DNA of 63,217 nucleotides, counting the filler, from Octopus bimaculoides (lineage: Eukaryota): assembly GCF_001194135.2 (NCBI RefSeq). It is 7 parts of 6 records of this genome, joined end to end, with 100 filler letters (N's around TTAATTAATTAA, not from the genome) between each part and the next. Parts side by side here need not be neighbours in the genome. Positions count along the whole stretch, not along the records: positions 49,898 to 60,306 come from NC_068995.1; positions 60,407 to 63,217 come from NW_026394826.1; 5 more parts are not named here. One strand, given 5' to 3'. The notes under the pieces were generated by a model that saw only the letters and a list, made by a program, of their open reading frames with translations, had not been told where the DNA came from and searched no databases. This document shows positions 50,401 to 63,217 of this stretch, piece after piece. The first letter of the stretch is position 1. Every line of letters starts with the position of its first letter. The translations under genes and the position numbers were made by a program.

Positions 50401-52740
50401 TGAATATATGTACGTACGAATACATGTATGCTTAAGAGGACTGAATACATAAGGTCTCTAGATTTGGAAAGTAAATACCTAAAACATAAGCTTCATTAAA
50501 CTGTTTATAAAGAATTCTAACAGTTTCGATATTTTAAAACAGAAAAAGTGATAACTATACAGTTTGGTTAAATAGGAAGTTATGCTAGACTTAATTGGTT
50601 TTTTGTTTTTTGTTTTTTGCGGGGGTGGGTCTGAGAAGTCGTGCTACAAGTAAATGGTTAGAAAGAAAAAAACGAGTCTTTAGTTAAATCAAAATATATC
50701 TTACTCACTGTATTTTACATCAAATTACATGTTTGGTGAAATAACTTATTAAAGCTTTAATAAGTTTCTCAAATATTTCCTCATTTAATTTATAAGAAAT
50801 AGAAGTTAGATATGTATGGTCAGTAATGAAATATGAACGATATGTGCTTGTTCTTTTAATGCTAACAAATATATCTGAATAACATTGTAATGGATTTTTC
50901 AAAGAGGCAAAGAACCAGGATTGCCTGGTGAACGGATTACATTATTCATTCTAGAAGCTACGATGCGGCAAGTGTATTGAAATGTATTCCCGTTGCTGCA
51001 ATTTTGACTATTAAACTGCTATTTCAAGGAATGTTTGCGGAGAGAAAGAAAAGCATCAGTCTCAAGAGATACAGAATATGGAAATCATTTAACATACACA
51101 ATGGAATACAAATATAACGGTTCATTATCGTTGCTGTCTTACAGCAGGATACAACAGATGCGATCGTGTTCCAAAATCCAAGGAGAAAAAGCTGCTCGTT
51201 AAATAAAACACTTACTGAACCAAAATTATTATACTTTTTTTTTTTCATATTTCATGCAGAATACTCATAACGGAATAGTAATTTTGCGTTAATTTTTACT
51301 ATTGTGGCGACTAGTTTGGCAACAATTCTGAAATAAAATACGCTAAAGGTTTATAAATCTTCACAATATATATCTAGTTTTTATAAATTTGCATCAAATG
51401 CAGTGACTGCATGTCAATGGAGAGGACGCAATATTCCATAAAACAGCTAAAACCTATATATTAGGTCTTAAATATGACTGTAATATTTGCTCTAATAAGG
51501 ACATTAAATATAAATTATATTTTTAAAAATTTTAATGAGATTCAGAATAAAAGTGATATAATACTGCAATACGAAACTTCCAAAAAACGGTTTGAACTCG
51601 AAAACGGACAGAATAGTTCAAAATGGACACCCGTAACACAATCTTCGTTTTCTTGGTTTTCTTTTGTTGATTCTTGTTTTGTTTGGTTTTGTTTTATATT
51701 TCTCATCTTCAAATTCCAGTTCAATATCATACGCATCTTCACAAGCCGAAATTACACATGCCACCGAATAATGCGAACCTGTGATTTATCAATTACGGCT
51801 TTCTTCCAATTTTAACAAAAAAAGTATAACTGTTTTTCAAATAAACACACTGAGACACACAAACATGTGCGCACTAAGATACATACATATTATATGTGTA
51901 TATACATATATATATATATATATATATANNNNNNNNNNNNNNNNNNNNNNNNNNNNNNNNNNNNNNNNNNNNNNNNNNNNNNNNNNNNNNNNNNNNNNNN
52001 NNNNNNNNNNNNNNNNNNNNNNNNNNNNNNNNNNNNNNNNNNNNNNNNNNNNNNNNNNNNNNNNNNNNNNNNNNNNNNNNNNNNNNNNNNNNNNNNNNNN
52101 NNNNNNNNNNNNNNNNNNNNNNNNNNNNNNNNNNNNNNNNNNNNNNNNNNNNNNNNNNNNNNNNNNNNNNNNNNNNNNNNNNNNNNNNNNNNNNNNNNNN
52201 NNNNNNNNNNNNNNNNNNNNNNNNNNNNNNNNNNNNNNNNNNNNNNNNNNNNNNNNNNNNNNNNNNNNNNNNNNNNNNNNNNNNNNNNNNNNNNNNNNNN
52301 NNNNNNNNNNNNNNNNNNNNNNNNNNNNNNNNNNNNNNNNNNNNNNNNNNNNNNNNNNNNNNNNNNNNNNNNNNNNNNNNNNNNNNNNNNNNNNNNNNNN
52401 NNNNNNNNNNNNNNNNNNNNNNNNNNNNNNNNNNNNNNNNNNNNNNNNNNNNNNNNNNNNNNNNNNNNNNNNNNNNNNNNNNNNNNNNNNNNNNNNNNNN
52501 NNNNNNNNNNNNNNNNNNNNNNNNNNNNNNNNNNNNNNNNNNNNNNNNNNNNNNNNNNNNNNNNNNNNNNNNNNNNNNNNNNNNNNNNNNNNNNNNNNNN
52601 NNNNNNNNNNNNNNNNNNNNNNNNNNNNNNNNNNNNNNNNNNNNNNNNNNNNNNNNNNNNNNNNNNNNNNNNNNNNNNNNNNNNNNNNNNNNNNNNNNNN
52701 NNNNNNNNNNNNNNNNNNNNNNNNNNNNNNNNNNNNNNNN

Positions 52741-52782
<42 letters not shown>

Positions 52783-54469
52783 TGTGTATGTATGTATGTA
52801 TGTATATATGTATGCATATATACATGTATATATAACATGATGTATGACTACCATTTAATGTTTCATGCAGGAGAGTTTCAGAGCTACTCTAAAAATAGTT
52901 TCGAATTCTTTAAGCTTCGTTTTCTCTGCTTCATTTACGTGTTTGTCCCTCTGCCTGTATTAATCATCATCATTATTAGATGCATTTTGTGGATTTAATT
53001 CTAAATGAGACTTCATCATTCAGCTCTCCGTTATGCTGAACAAACAGCCATAAATTGAAACTGAATAATGTGAAGAAACAGAATTTTAACATTTTGAATG
53101 ATTTTAATCATTACGAAATATTAATATAATTTTGAAATCTGAATTTATATTTAGAATATCTTTTGACCTCAGGACTAATCTTCAAATTAATGTGTATAAT
53201 CCAATATTTATTTATTAGAATTTCCAATAACTTGGAGGGGAATGATAAGTGAACTCTTTAAGAACATGTGGACTATATGTTCAATAGATCAATTATCGTT
53301 TTAAATTTTAGACGCGCAGCAGTAGCAATAATTTTGTTTGACAATCATTAGCTATTTTAAACCCAGGCTGCAATTTTCAATCCTTCACTTAGTAACCTTT
53401 AACACGCATCCCTTTCAAAAGAAATTCTCTTTCGTCAACGTTTAAATTGTGCACATCAACACAACCACCATCTTTAATAAACACTCTCATTTCGGTTACA
53501 TATGAGTGTCATACTCTATCGCCTGCTCCTTCGTGTTTCACTGAAATGCTTTCTACCTGTATGGACTGTGGTTAGCTTTTTGAACTTTACGCATAATCCA
53601 GAATATCCCGATTTTCTTATTTTGTTGGCTTTCTATTCATTCTCATTTCCTGCTTTCCGTTTTCTTCTTTATGCTACCTTGGTTTCAGTAGTCATTTCAT
53701 TTAAAGGAATATACTTTTGATTAAAGTGTCCAATTCAAATTGTCAAAGGACTTCCATTTCAATTATTGCAAAATTTCCCTTGTTGCTTTGAAATTCAAAG
53801 ATAAAACAGCACTTTGACTCGCTTCTGTGTAAAGCGGCATGTTCTATTTCATATTACTCATTATTGATTCGTTGATAATACCTTCTCTGTTAATATTAGC
53901 ATTGCTAGCATCACTTTAATGTTTTCTAAATATATCTGATGTTTCCTTCCTATCCTATACTTTATTTCTTTTCTGAACAGTTTCAATCCATGTTCTAACA
54001 TTACACACAGGTTTAGAATTGTTGAAAATAAATAGATTTATTTGTAAATGACGTGGACAATACCACAACATGATCACTGAATCAAAGAGTTTAGTTCTAG
54101 AACTAGCATGATATAGAAACAAACACAAATTGTTTGTAAAAAACAGAATGAAATTAGATTTCATATTGAAAACAGCGTCTGAAGGCAGGACTTTCGACAG
54201 CATTTGCAAAAGATATGAAATTGAACAGCCAGTACTATAACTGACTATAACTGGTAGAGCAATTACAATGCATACAGCTGTAATTCGAACTATCCTGAAT
54301 AATATGAAAGTAGAAGTAATCGGAGTATTACTTGCTGTGTGTATATATGTGTGTGTGTATGGATATGTGGTTAAGGGTGCTTGGTACCAACATACACCAC
54401 ATTCTTCAGAGGTCCGATGTATTTGTGTGGTATATATTCTTTTTCACAGAGTTGGTATTAATGCCTGGT

Positions 54470-54617
54470 TTGGGGCGAAAGAGTACAACAGGGGTCGCCA
54501 CCACTCCCTGCTGGAGTCTCGTGGAGCTTTTAGGTGTTTTAGCTCAATAAACACACACAACACCCGGTCTGGGAATAGAAAACCGTAGCCTTAACCACTG
54601 GGCCATTGCGCCTCCAC
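54470..54617 (-). mobile_element. Inverted SINE relic with a tRNA-like head
   Basis: Reverse complement reads GTGGAGGCGCAATGGCCCAGTGGTTAAGG (A-box-like). Confidence 0.5.
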
Positions 54618-54644
54618 CCATCTGTGTATATAGACTATTAAATG

Positions 54645-54760
54645 AACCCTAAGTCTTGATGTGGACATTATTTTATTAACCTCCCTATGATGAAAGCTAA
54701 AGTTGACCTTGGAGATATTTCAACTCAGAAACGAAAGAACCATAACTACATCCCAGTCCG
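54645..54760 (-). mobile_element. SINE family B relic, inverted
   Basis: GATGAAAGCTAAAGTTGACCTTGG...CAACTCAGAA resembles the reverse-complement B core. Confidence 0.45.
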
Positions 54761-55116
54761 ACCAATTCGCCAATCTACCAACCAAAGCAATACGCCAACG
54801 CTTGCTTGTCTTGTTTAAACTAATATAATATTTAAAAGTGCTAAGAAACCAATCTTTGATTAGAGATAATAACAAGTTTTGCAAAGAAAAAGACTTCCAT
54901 CAAAAGTCATTTAGCATTTCATGTTTATTTCATCTGAAATATACTGCTGTAAAATGATATTCGTGTTTGTTGCAATTTTTGTCGTATAATGAATGTAATA
55001 TTAATTAAATATGAAGAAAAGTTGCGTTTTTTAAAAAATTTCTTTTAATAAAAGCAACCAAACATCAAATATACAATATTAGACGGTATATTTGCTTTTA
55101 ATAATATGTGTAGTTA

Positions 55117-55273
55117 TAGTTATGTGGTCTGAAGACGTTTACTTCCCAACCAAATGGTTCCGGATTCACTCCCACTGAGCGGTACCTTGGGTAGATACCT
55201 TCTACTATAACCTCGGGCCAACCAAAGCCTTGTGAGTGAATTTGGCAGGCGGAAACTGAAAGAAACCCGTCGC

Positions 55274-55285
<12 letters not shown>
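55117..55285 (+). mobile_element. SINE family A head only
   Basis: ATGGTTCCGGATTCACTCCCACTGAGCGGTACCTTGGG...GGAAACTGAAAGAAACCCGTCG followed by (TA)(TG)n. Confidence 0.75.
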
Positions 55286-55304
<19 letters not shown>

Positions 55305-56423
55305 CATATGTACGATTGTGTAAACACTTATATCTACATAGTACGAATGTATGTGTGTATGGCTAAAGTTTAGATTTACATGCGTTGCAGACATTTCGGA
55401 TAAAACATTTTCTCATTAAAGAACATCTATGCAATTATATGGGAGACGTGCGGTCGAAAGTATTGGGCAAAAGATAAAGAGTGGAGACAGAAGGAAGAAA
55501 GTCATTAAACATCTAAGACGGTATGGAAGGCGTGATTAAATATTTTATGACAGGGAGGAATTACTAATTAAAAGAGGAAGAAAGATTAATGGTAGCTTAA
55601 CAAGATTTCCAACGACAGTATCCATGTATGCGTCAGTACAGAAATAAACGTACATACGTAAGGTAGGAGTGCTAACACATACATACATATGATTTATAAG
55701 AATGCCAAGAATGCATACATGAATATCATCACGCATACATTAAAGACAATAGGAGCTCAGCTATAAACTAGCATGTTCTCATTCGTGGGCACACGCATAT
55801 GATAACCTTATAGAGAAGATAATGGAATTAAAATAACAGAAGTAAAATATAATTTTTAATATAAATCTGGAAAAATCATTCTACTAAAAGATAATAGAAG
55901 TGAATGCATTTTTATAAAGATATTCTGCGCGCTCACACATACACTCACACACACACACTATAATATTGAAAATTATATTAAAATGAAAGAAAGAAATATA
56001 AGGCAAAAATCATTGTATTCAAAGCATTTAGATAATAGCATCCTTAAAAGGCATGCTGCATAACGCATATGCCCAAAATTAGAAAGATAGGAAAGGAAAA
56101 TTTTTATTCAGTCCTGGGCGAGATCTTGTTTCCAGCAAGAATACGATGCGTTGTTGTGTATGCTTCTTGACTGGTGGTATCCAGTGGTTGTGTTGAGGTA
56201 CATACCATATATCTGGAGATGGTTAATAACGTGCCCAGGCTTCGAAATAATGGGTCCCCAATTGTTATTGAATGCTTGATATTATACTACGAACGAATAA
56301 TAGCCGTTATCGGCGAGGATAATCGTGTGAAATAACTTCACTTCAAATTTCTGAATGGGTCTCGTAAAAGAGAACTAACTGAAGAAATTTATGGCTTGGT
56401 TGATAACCTTCATGATTTTTTGA

Positions 56424-56425
56424 TG

Positions 56426-56486
<61 letters not shown>

Positions 56487-56580
56487 TAATAATAATAATA
56501 TTAAGAAGAAGAAGAAGAAGAAGNNNNNNNNNNAGAAGAAGAAGAAGAAGAAGAAGAAGAAGAAGAAGAAGAAGAAGAAG
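56424..56580. repeat. (AAT)n-(AAG)n microsatellite
   Basis: Directly visible. Confidence 0.95.
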
Positions 56581-56759
56581 ATAGAGGAGTGAAAAAAATT
56601 AAGGTTACAGACGTCAATTAGGTGGAATGGTTACAAGCGGGGAAGGGTGGACGGTCGAGAATCTCGACTTCACACATTTAGGGATGAAATAAATATTGTA
56701 GATGCATATTTTGGTAATAATGTGATTAGCACCAGCTGCAGAGATACGAACAGACGTCT

Positions 56760-56930
56760 TTATATACAACTGTGGCGAGTTATTTCTGGCTGTGGCTAGA
56801 AAATCTTAAGATAACTTTGTGTAGAAGGAAGGGTTATTGCTTCGACTGCTAGTAAAGGTTGGTTCAGCAGATCAACACGTGTTGTTAACGACATCACGAG
56901 TGAGCTGCAATGGATATCATCTAGCTTCGA
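56760..56930 (+). mobile_element. pogo/Tigger transposase relic (CENP-B-type HTH motif)
   Basis: ...STASKGWFSR.. matches the F.AS.GWF.RF motif; surrounding sequence is disrupted. Confidence 0.4.
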
Positions 56931-57308
56931 AAGAATAAGATTTAATTTATGATGCTTCTCTTTTCTTAAATGAATGATGCCCAAATCGAAAAGGTAACAT
57001 GGCCGCTAAGGTTGACCGAATAATATAGGCTCAAGTGCGGGGTCTGCTTGGAGTGGTTCTCTTTTTGATTCGTAACATCGTTCTCCGTGAGGGACTTCAA
57101 ATTTGTGCTATGGAAGGAAGCTTTTAGATCATGCATATATACGTATATAATATAGCTAACGGTATATGTGTGTGTAAGTGTGTGTGTGTTTGAATGTATG
57201 TATATGTATGTGTATGTATGGATATATATGTGCGTCGTATGCATAAACATATATAGACAGATAATAGATACATACATATATTCATATACACACACACATA
57301 TTTATGCA

Positions 57309-57341
<33 letters not shown>

Positions 57342-57351
57342 CTGTGTGCGT

Positions 57352-57420
<69 letters not shown>

Positions 57421-58219
57421 GAATGTTTTGAGATAGCTGCAGACCTACATTAGCTCGTTAATTTAAGTCGTTTTAACTGTTTGACAAATTAGCACGTTTA
57501 AATTGTTCAAAAACAACTACTTACGAGTTTGAAATGTGATAAGCAATGCATTAATAGCACCTCTGTTTCACTGCATCACTTAACAGGAGCGACACCTTTC
57601 AGCAAAAACAAACCGAAAAGAAATAAGAACATACAACTGAAATTATTCAATAAATAATTCATATTTTTAGCAATCTTATGCTTCCTTTTGTTTTCTGTCG
57701 TCATCTATCTTCCATATATCACAGACAACGCAAGATTTTTTTGCCTCCCATAAAGAGTTTCAGTAATAAAATTACCGTCTTATCTCTCTCTCTCAGATCG
57801 ATATTATAAAATGTCAATCTTAGAAAATTATCGTTTTAATCTTGCAAGCAAAACAAAAACGTAATCGTAATAGGAAACATTCCTGTGTGCGAAATCGCAT
57901 ATGACTAGTAATTTTCTCTATCAACACAAACTGAGTGTTGACTTACAGCACGCATGTAAACGTGACGATATTTAGATTATGTTAGTGAAGGCACGATAGA
58001 GCACTAAATAGGTTAGGTAATTTTATGCATTTTGTGTTTGTGTGTGCAGTGTTCTGAATGGTATATATGTCAGTGGAAGAGCATCAGGTACGGAACGAAG
58101 ATCTTGAACTGAAAACGGTTCAAGATCGATAAAGAGAAAATAGGAGAGTTAAAGAAGGAGATTGGTTGATGATTAGTTTAGTTAGAGAGACATACCTGGA
58201 AACAAATATCCTTATATTA

Positions 58220-58366
58220 ATAGACAGATAGATAGATAGATAGATAGTAAATAAATACAGACAGACAGACAGGCATACAGAGAGAGAGATAACTTTCTTT
58301 TATACAGAAAGTTATCTCTCTCACAGATAGAAATATAGATACATACATACATAAACAGACAGACAA

Positions 58367-58431
<65 letters not shown>

Positions 58432-58448
58432 CAAATAGACAGACAGAC

Positions 58449-58502
<54 letters not shown>

Positions 58503-58720
58503 NNNNNNNNNNNNNNNNNNNNNNNNNNNNNNNNNNNNNNNNNNNNNNNNNNNNNNNNNNNNNNNNNNAAAAAAAAAAAAAAAAAAAAAATGGTGGTGTC
58601 GATCAAAAGGGATCGTAGGAAGGGAAAAAGGGGCAGTTCGATCAAAAGGGATCGAAAAAAAAAGAAAAGGAAAGGCCGATCAATAGGGATCGTGTATCAC
58701 ACAGTAATGTTCTCAGGTAA

Positions 58721-58752
<32 letters not shown>

Positions 58753-58753
58753 T

Positions 58754-58803
<50 letters not shown>
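58220..58803. repeat. (GATA)/(GACA) arrays around a gap
   Basis: Directly visible. Confidence 0.85.
58600..58692. repeat. Three spaced copies of a 16-bp hairpin motif CGATC-AAWAGG-GATCG
   Basis: Copies at 58600-58615, 58639-58654 and 58677-58692, separated by different purine-rich spacers of 23 and 22 nt. Confidence 0.9.
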
Positions 58804-58804
<1 letters not shown>

Positions 58805-60263
58805 AATTGGACTTCAGAGCAAATTTTGTTAACGAAGCACAAGGTAAAGATAAGTGTGAGAAAAGATAGTGAAATACTAATGAAAAACTATCGATGAAGA
58901 AAAGGTAAGCAGAAGGGAAAGTACATGACGATATTTAGTATGAAAGTTGTACAGGTGTAAGAAAGGTATAAGGTAAAATAAGTACGAGAATGCAAGTAAT
59001 GTAGGATTTTGTGTTGCTGTTGTTATTGGCGTGATAGTCAAAGTGCTGTTCAAATTTGTTCAAACTGACCTACGACCAAAGGCGTTTCAAGTCGATCATA
59101 AGCCCTTCTCTAGCCGTGCACTGTTTCGCTAGGATTGTATTAACATTAACTCATGCGCATCACTCTTTTCAAGATGCTTAGATGTAATTCCGTAAAGATA
59201 TTTTCTTTACTATTTCTTCACTGGCGGAGAAACTACAAAGACTCAATGGAATATGTTAATCTATTTGCAGCATATAACATTCAATGAATAAATATTACAA
59301 GTAAGCAGATTTAGAATCATTGAAGTGTCTTTGTATACAGAAAAATTAACCTAAAAATGGCCATAAAACGATATCAGATATTATTACTGACTTAAAAAGC
59401 ATTTTCTCCCGCAATGCCAGCGGGCATATCATCGTCACTCGTATAACATAACGATATTATCTTAGCGGCAAACTATTCACATCGTACTCATTACTTAATC
59501 AGTTACACAGTCTCTGTTGGGAACTATTTTGCTATTAAGTAGCGTTTGATATTCTGCACTGTGATTTATTTACCATTCTCTAGAGAGGAATACTAGTAAG
59601 CAGAATAAACGAAATTAGGTAATATAGAAAAGGAATATAGCTTCGTGATAACTCTTGAAGCCAAATGTACAGTGTGTAAGTATATGTATGTGTGTGTGTG
59701 TGTGTGTGTGTCAGTGTGTGTGTCAGTGTGTGTGCAGATATATAGATAGATAAGTAGATGGATGCATGCATGCAAAGTTATTTGTACGTTAGGATTAACT
59801 GGGGTATGTATATCTTAGTGTTGATCAATATACACGCTGTGTCAGCGATTTGTTAATGTAGCCAGTACGTGCTGCCAGCGAATGTACCGATTTGTGTATG
59901 ATTAAAAACATGATCCGTTTGTCATTCCATTGTTTTAAGCTACCCTCTCGGAGTCTACCTATGCTTTATAACTATCTGTCTATCTATCTCTCGCAGATAT
60001 CTTTTTTCTGTTGAGCAAAAGAAAATAGTCTTAAACGTTAAATTAATGATCAGGTAGAACTGGTAGAGCTGTTTTTTTATTCTTTCTGCAGACAGAGCTT
60101 TCATGTTGAAGCACACAGTCTATGTACATAGATTATGGGTTTCGCAACCCTCACCCCAGGGCCGAGCAGATTAGAAAACTAAAAATCTTTCTGTAACAAC
60201 CCATTTCTAAACTAAACATCCAGATTTTGGATGATCTGCTGGAAATATCTGTCTATCTATCTA

Positions 60264-60306
<43 letters not shown>

Positions 60307-60408
60307 NNNNNNNNNNNNNNNNNNNNNNNNNNNNNNNNNNNNNNNNNNNNTTAATTAATTAANNNNNNNNNNNNNNNNNNNNNNNNNNNNNNNNNNNNNN
60401 NNNNNNCA

Positions 60409-60775
60409 CTACAACTGACCAACTCCTTTCTCCCCTCCCCATTTTCACACATGCATCCTATCTCTCACACACAGCCCCTCGTTCGTGGATCACCGTTCGT
60501 GGATCACCCCTTTTGTTATCTCCCCCTTTTCTTAGCTCTCCTGTGTAAAAAAATTTCTAACTTCTGGTCAGCCATAGCTATGATTGACCATTGACCGAAC
60601 ACTATTCAATTTTTTTTCTCCGTGTTTTTCTCCTTGTCTCCATATTCTTTCTGTTGAAGAGCGTAGCTCGAAACGTTAAAGACTTTCCGTATTCCCGAGC
60701 GTCATACTAATACATCTTTTGTTGTTTACACCACCTGTCCTCGTCTGTTGTTGTTTTTTCGTACATTCTCCCATA
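60409..60775 (+). mobile_element. Penelope-like pseudo-LTR fragment carrying a hammerhead-like motif
   Basis: Pyrimidine-rich non-coding segment with TGAAGAGC...GCTCGAAACGTT and a TGTTGTT-rich tail, resembling PLE pLTRs; inference from motif architecture. Confidence 0.5.
60646..60682 (+). ncRNA. Minimal type I hammerhead-like motif (core variant CUGUUGA)
   Basis: Stem I TCTTT/AAAGA (5 bp), core CTGTTGA-A, stem II GAGC-gta-GCTC, GAAA-CG-TT. Confidence 0.5.
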
Positions 60776-60833
60776 TATATATATATATTTATATACACAT
60801 ACATATACATATATATGTATATATATACATATA

Positions 60834-63217
60834 TACAAGATTTTCTGGGCAGGGAACACAGACGGGATCGGGAGTGTGGGTATACTTCTTGCAGAGAAAT
60901 GGGTGAATAAGGTAATCGAGGTAATTAGGGTATCCGATAGAATACTTAGGATTAGATTAGTCCTTCAGCATGGGTTAACAACCATTATCTCGGCCTATGC
61001 CCCTCAGCCTGGGCTACCTGACGGACAGAAAGACCAATTTTATGACACCCTCTTGCAAACTACCTCGTCGACGAATGACAGGGACCTTCTCTTTTTGGCT
61101 GGTGACTTCAATGGTCATGTTGGACAACATTCAGGGGGCTTCTATGGTGTACATGGAGGCTATGGTTTTGGTTCCCGCAATGAGGAAGGGACCAGACTGC
61201 TGGAGTTCTGTGATGCCAATGACCTTATGGTCTGCAATACTAACTTCAGGAAACCTACGAGTCACCTAATCACCTACTGTTCTGGTAGACATACTAGTCA
61301 AATTGACTACATCCTCGCCAGGAAAAGGGAAAGATGGCTGCTTATAAATGCCAAAACCTTCCCAGGCAAAGAATGTACCCCACAACATAGATTAGTAGTT
61401 AGTGACTTCAGGATCAGGGCTAAGTGGTTGCCGAGAAGGCGACCAACTTGGAGGAGAAGGGTCTGGAAGCTCAAAGATCCTGCGAATGGACAGAGACTTA
61501 GAGATTTACTACTTGAAGCCTATGACGAAATAGAGGGGGATGTAGCTTCACGCAATGTAGAGGACAACTGGACGTTTCTACAGGACAACCTGCTGAGGGC
61601 CACTGACCAGATCTATGGATGGTGCAAAGTCCCCTCTTGACCGAAAATAACGTGGTGGTGGAACAATGTTGTCGACAGGGCTATTACACAAAAGAAACAG
61701 GCTTGGAAAGACTGGAAGAACGGTGGTAGAAGGGAATTGTATCAGACTGCCAGAAGGGAAGGTAGGCGACAAGTTTATTTAGCCAGAGGGGAAGCAGATA
61801 AGAAAAAGTTTGCCAATGTTCTGCGACGTGAGGACCAAGGACTTGAGGTATTTTGTGTTGCAAGACAGTGTGTGAGAGAGAATCGTGATGTCGTGGGAGA
61901 GAAATGTGTTTGCATGGATGATGGTACACTTGCACTAAACGAGGCCGCAAAGAAAGAGGTTTGGAGACGCCACTACGAAAGATTGCTCAATAAAGAGAAT
62001 GAATGGGAGAAAGAGAGTCTGCCGAATGTGAACCCAACAGAGGAACCAGCTATCCGAGTTGACAGTACCTTGGTAGATAAAGCAATTAAGAGTATGAAGA
62101 CAGGGAAGGCCCCCGGCCCATCTGGAATCACTGCAGAGATGCTCAAAATATCTGGCAGTGTCGGCTATAGCCTAGTCACCCGTATAGTTAACCAGGTGAA
62201 AGACGAAGGAGTCATACCCAATGACTGGTGTAGCAGCACCATAGTCAACTGCTACAAAGGTAAAGGTGACGCTTTAGATACAAATAATTACAGAGGTTTC
62301 AATTTTTTAGATCAGGTAATGAAAGTCACGGAGAGGGTCATAGCCCAACTACTTAGGGAGCAAGTCAGTTTAGATGAGATGCAGTTTGGGTTCGTTCCTG
62401 GGAAAAGCACAACTGATGCTATATTTCTGGTAAGACAGCTGTAGGAGAAATACCTAGCCAAGGATAAACCTCTGTACCTGGCTTTCGTTGACATGGAGAA
62501 AGCCTTTGACAGGGTCCCCCGATCCCTCATCTGGTGATCAATGAGGAAACTAGGGATAGAAGAATGGTTAGTGATAGCTGTGTGAGCCATGTACAGAGAT
62601 TCTGTTAGTAAGGTGAGGGTTGGCAATGAGTACAGTGAAGAATTCCGGGTAGAGGTAGGAGTCCACCAAGGTTCTGTTCTCAGCCCCCTCCTATTTATCA
62701 TAGTCCTCCAGGCTATAACAGAGGAATTCAAGACAGGATTCCCCTGGGAGCTCCTCTATGCTGATGACCTTGCACTAATTGCTGAGTCACTATCAGAACT
62801 AGAGAAGAAGTTTCAGGTGTGGAAGCAAGGACTAGAATCGAAGGGCCTTAGAGTCAACCTAGCTAAAACCAAAGTCCTAATAAGTAGGAAGGTAGAAAAA
62901 ACACAAACTCCTTCAGGTAGATGGCCTTGCTCGACCTGTAGAAAAGGCGTAGGTAGGAACTCTATAAGATGCACCCAGTGCAAGCAATGGACACATAAGA
63001 GGTGCAGCAATATCAAAGGAAGGTTAACTAGGAAGTTAGTTTTTGTACGTAGCAGATGTTCAGGAGCTATAAACACTGTAAATGTGCAGAAAACAATTTC
63101 TGCCACATTCCAGGGAGAAAAACTAGAATTAGTTGATGGCTTCTGCTATCTAGGTGACCAAGTTAGCAGTTGGGGAGGGTGCGCTGAAAGTGTAGCTGCT
63201 AGAATAAGAATAGCCTG
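60834..63217 (+). mobile_element. RTE-clade non-LTR retrotransposon (APE endonuclease + reverse transcriptase), 5'-truncated, with premature stops; runs off the window
   Basis: One reading frame from YKIFWAGNTDG through APE motifs (IISAYAPQ, AGDFNGHVG, SQIDYIL) to RT motifs (KAPGPSG, QFGFVPGKSTTDAIF, FVDMEKAFDRVP, GVHQGSVLSPLLF, YADD at 62757-62768). In-frame stops at 61638, 62442, 62535 and 62583. Confidence 0.96.

Noticed and set aside
58600-58692. CRISPR-like repeat-spacer pattern
   Set aside because: Only three 16-bp repeats, low-complexity spacers, eukaryotic context, no cas genes; reported only as a hairpin mini-array.

Overview
AT-rich, microsatellite-dense eukaryotic genomic DNA with many N gaps. 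The repeat content (tRNA-derived SINE families, RTE and R4/Dong LINE relics, Tc1/mariner relics, very long TA/TG/AAT/GATA arrays) suggests a coleoid cephalopod such as Octopus; this assignment is inference. Almost all ORF-track entries are artefacts of microsatellites and N runs. Two real host-gene signals were found. (1) An isolated plus-strand phase 1-1 exon (11278-11442) encodes the N-terminal half of a fibronectin type III domain. (2) Three minus-strand exons (23527-23367, 21795-21635, 19118-19069) have canonical GT-AG sites and matching phases. They splice into a 123-aa Trp/Cys-rich C-terminal domain of an uncharacterised, probably secreted protein; this gene is convergent with, and possibly nested inside, the FN3 gene. 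The rest is transposon debris: a 5'-truncated RTE LINE with APE, RT and a PHD-like insertion, two RTE-BovB tails, four R4/Dong-type relics, several Tc1/mariner/pogo relics and MITEs, and more than 20 SINE copies. There is also a 706-bp TGT...ACA element, a non-coding element inserted in (AAT)n, and two minimal hammerhead-like motifs, one of them in a tRNA-headed composite SINE.
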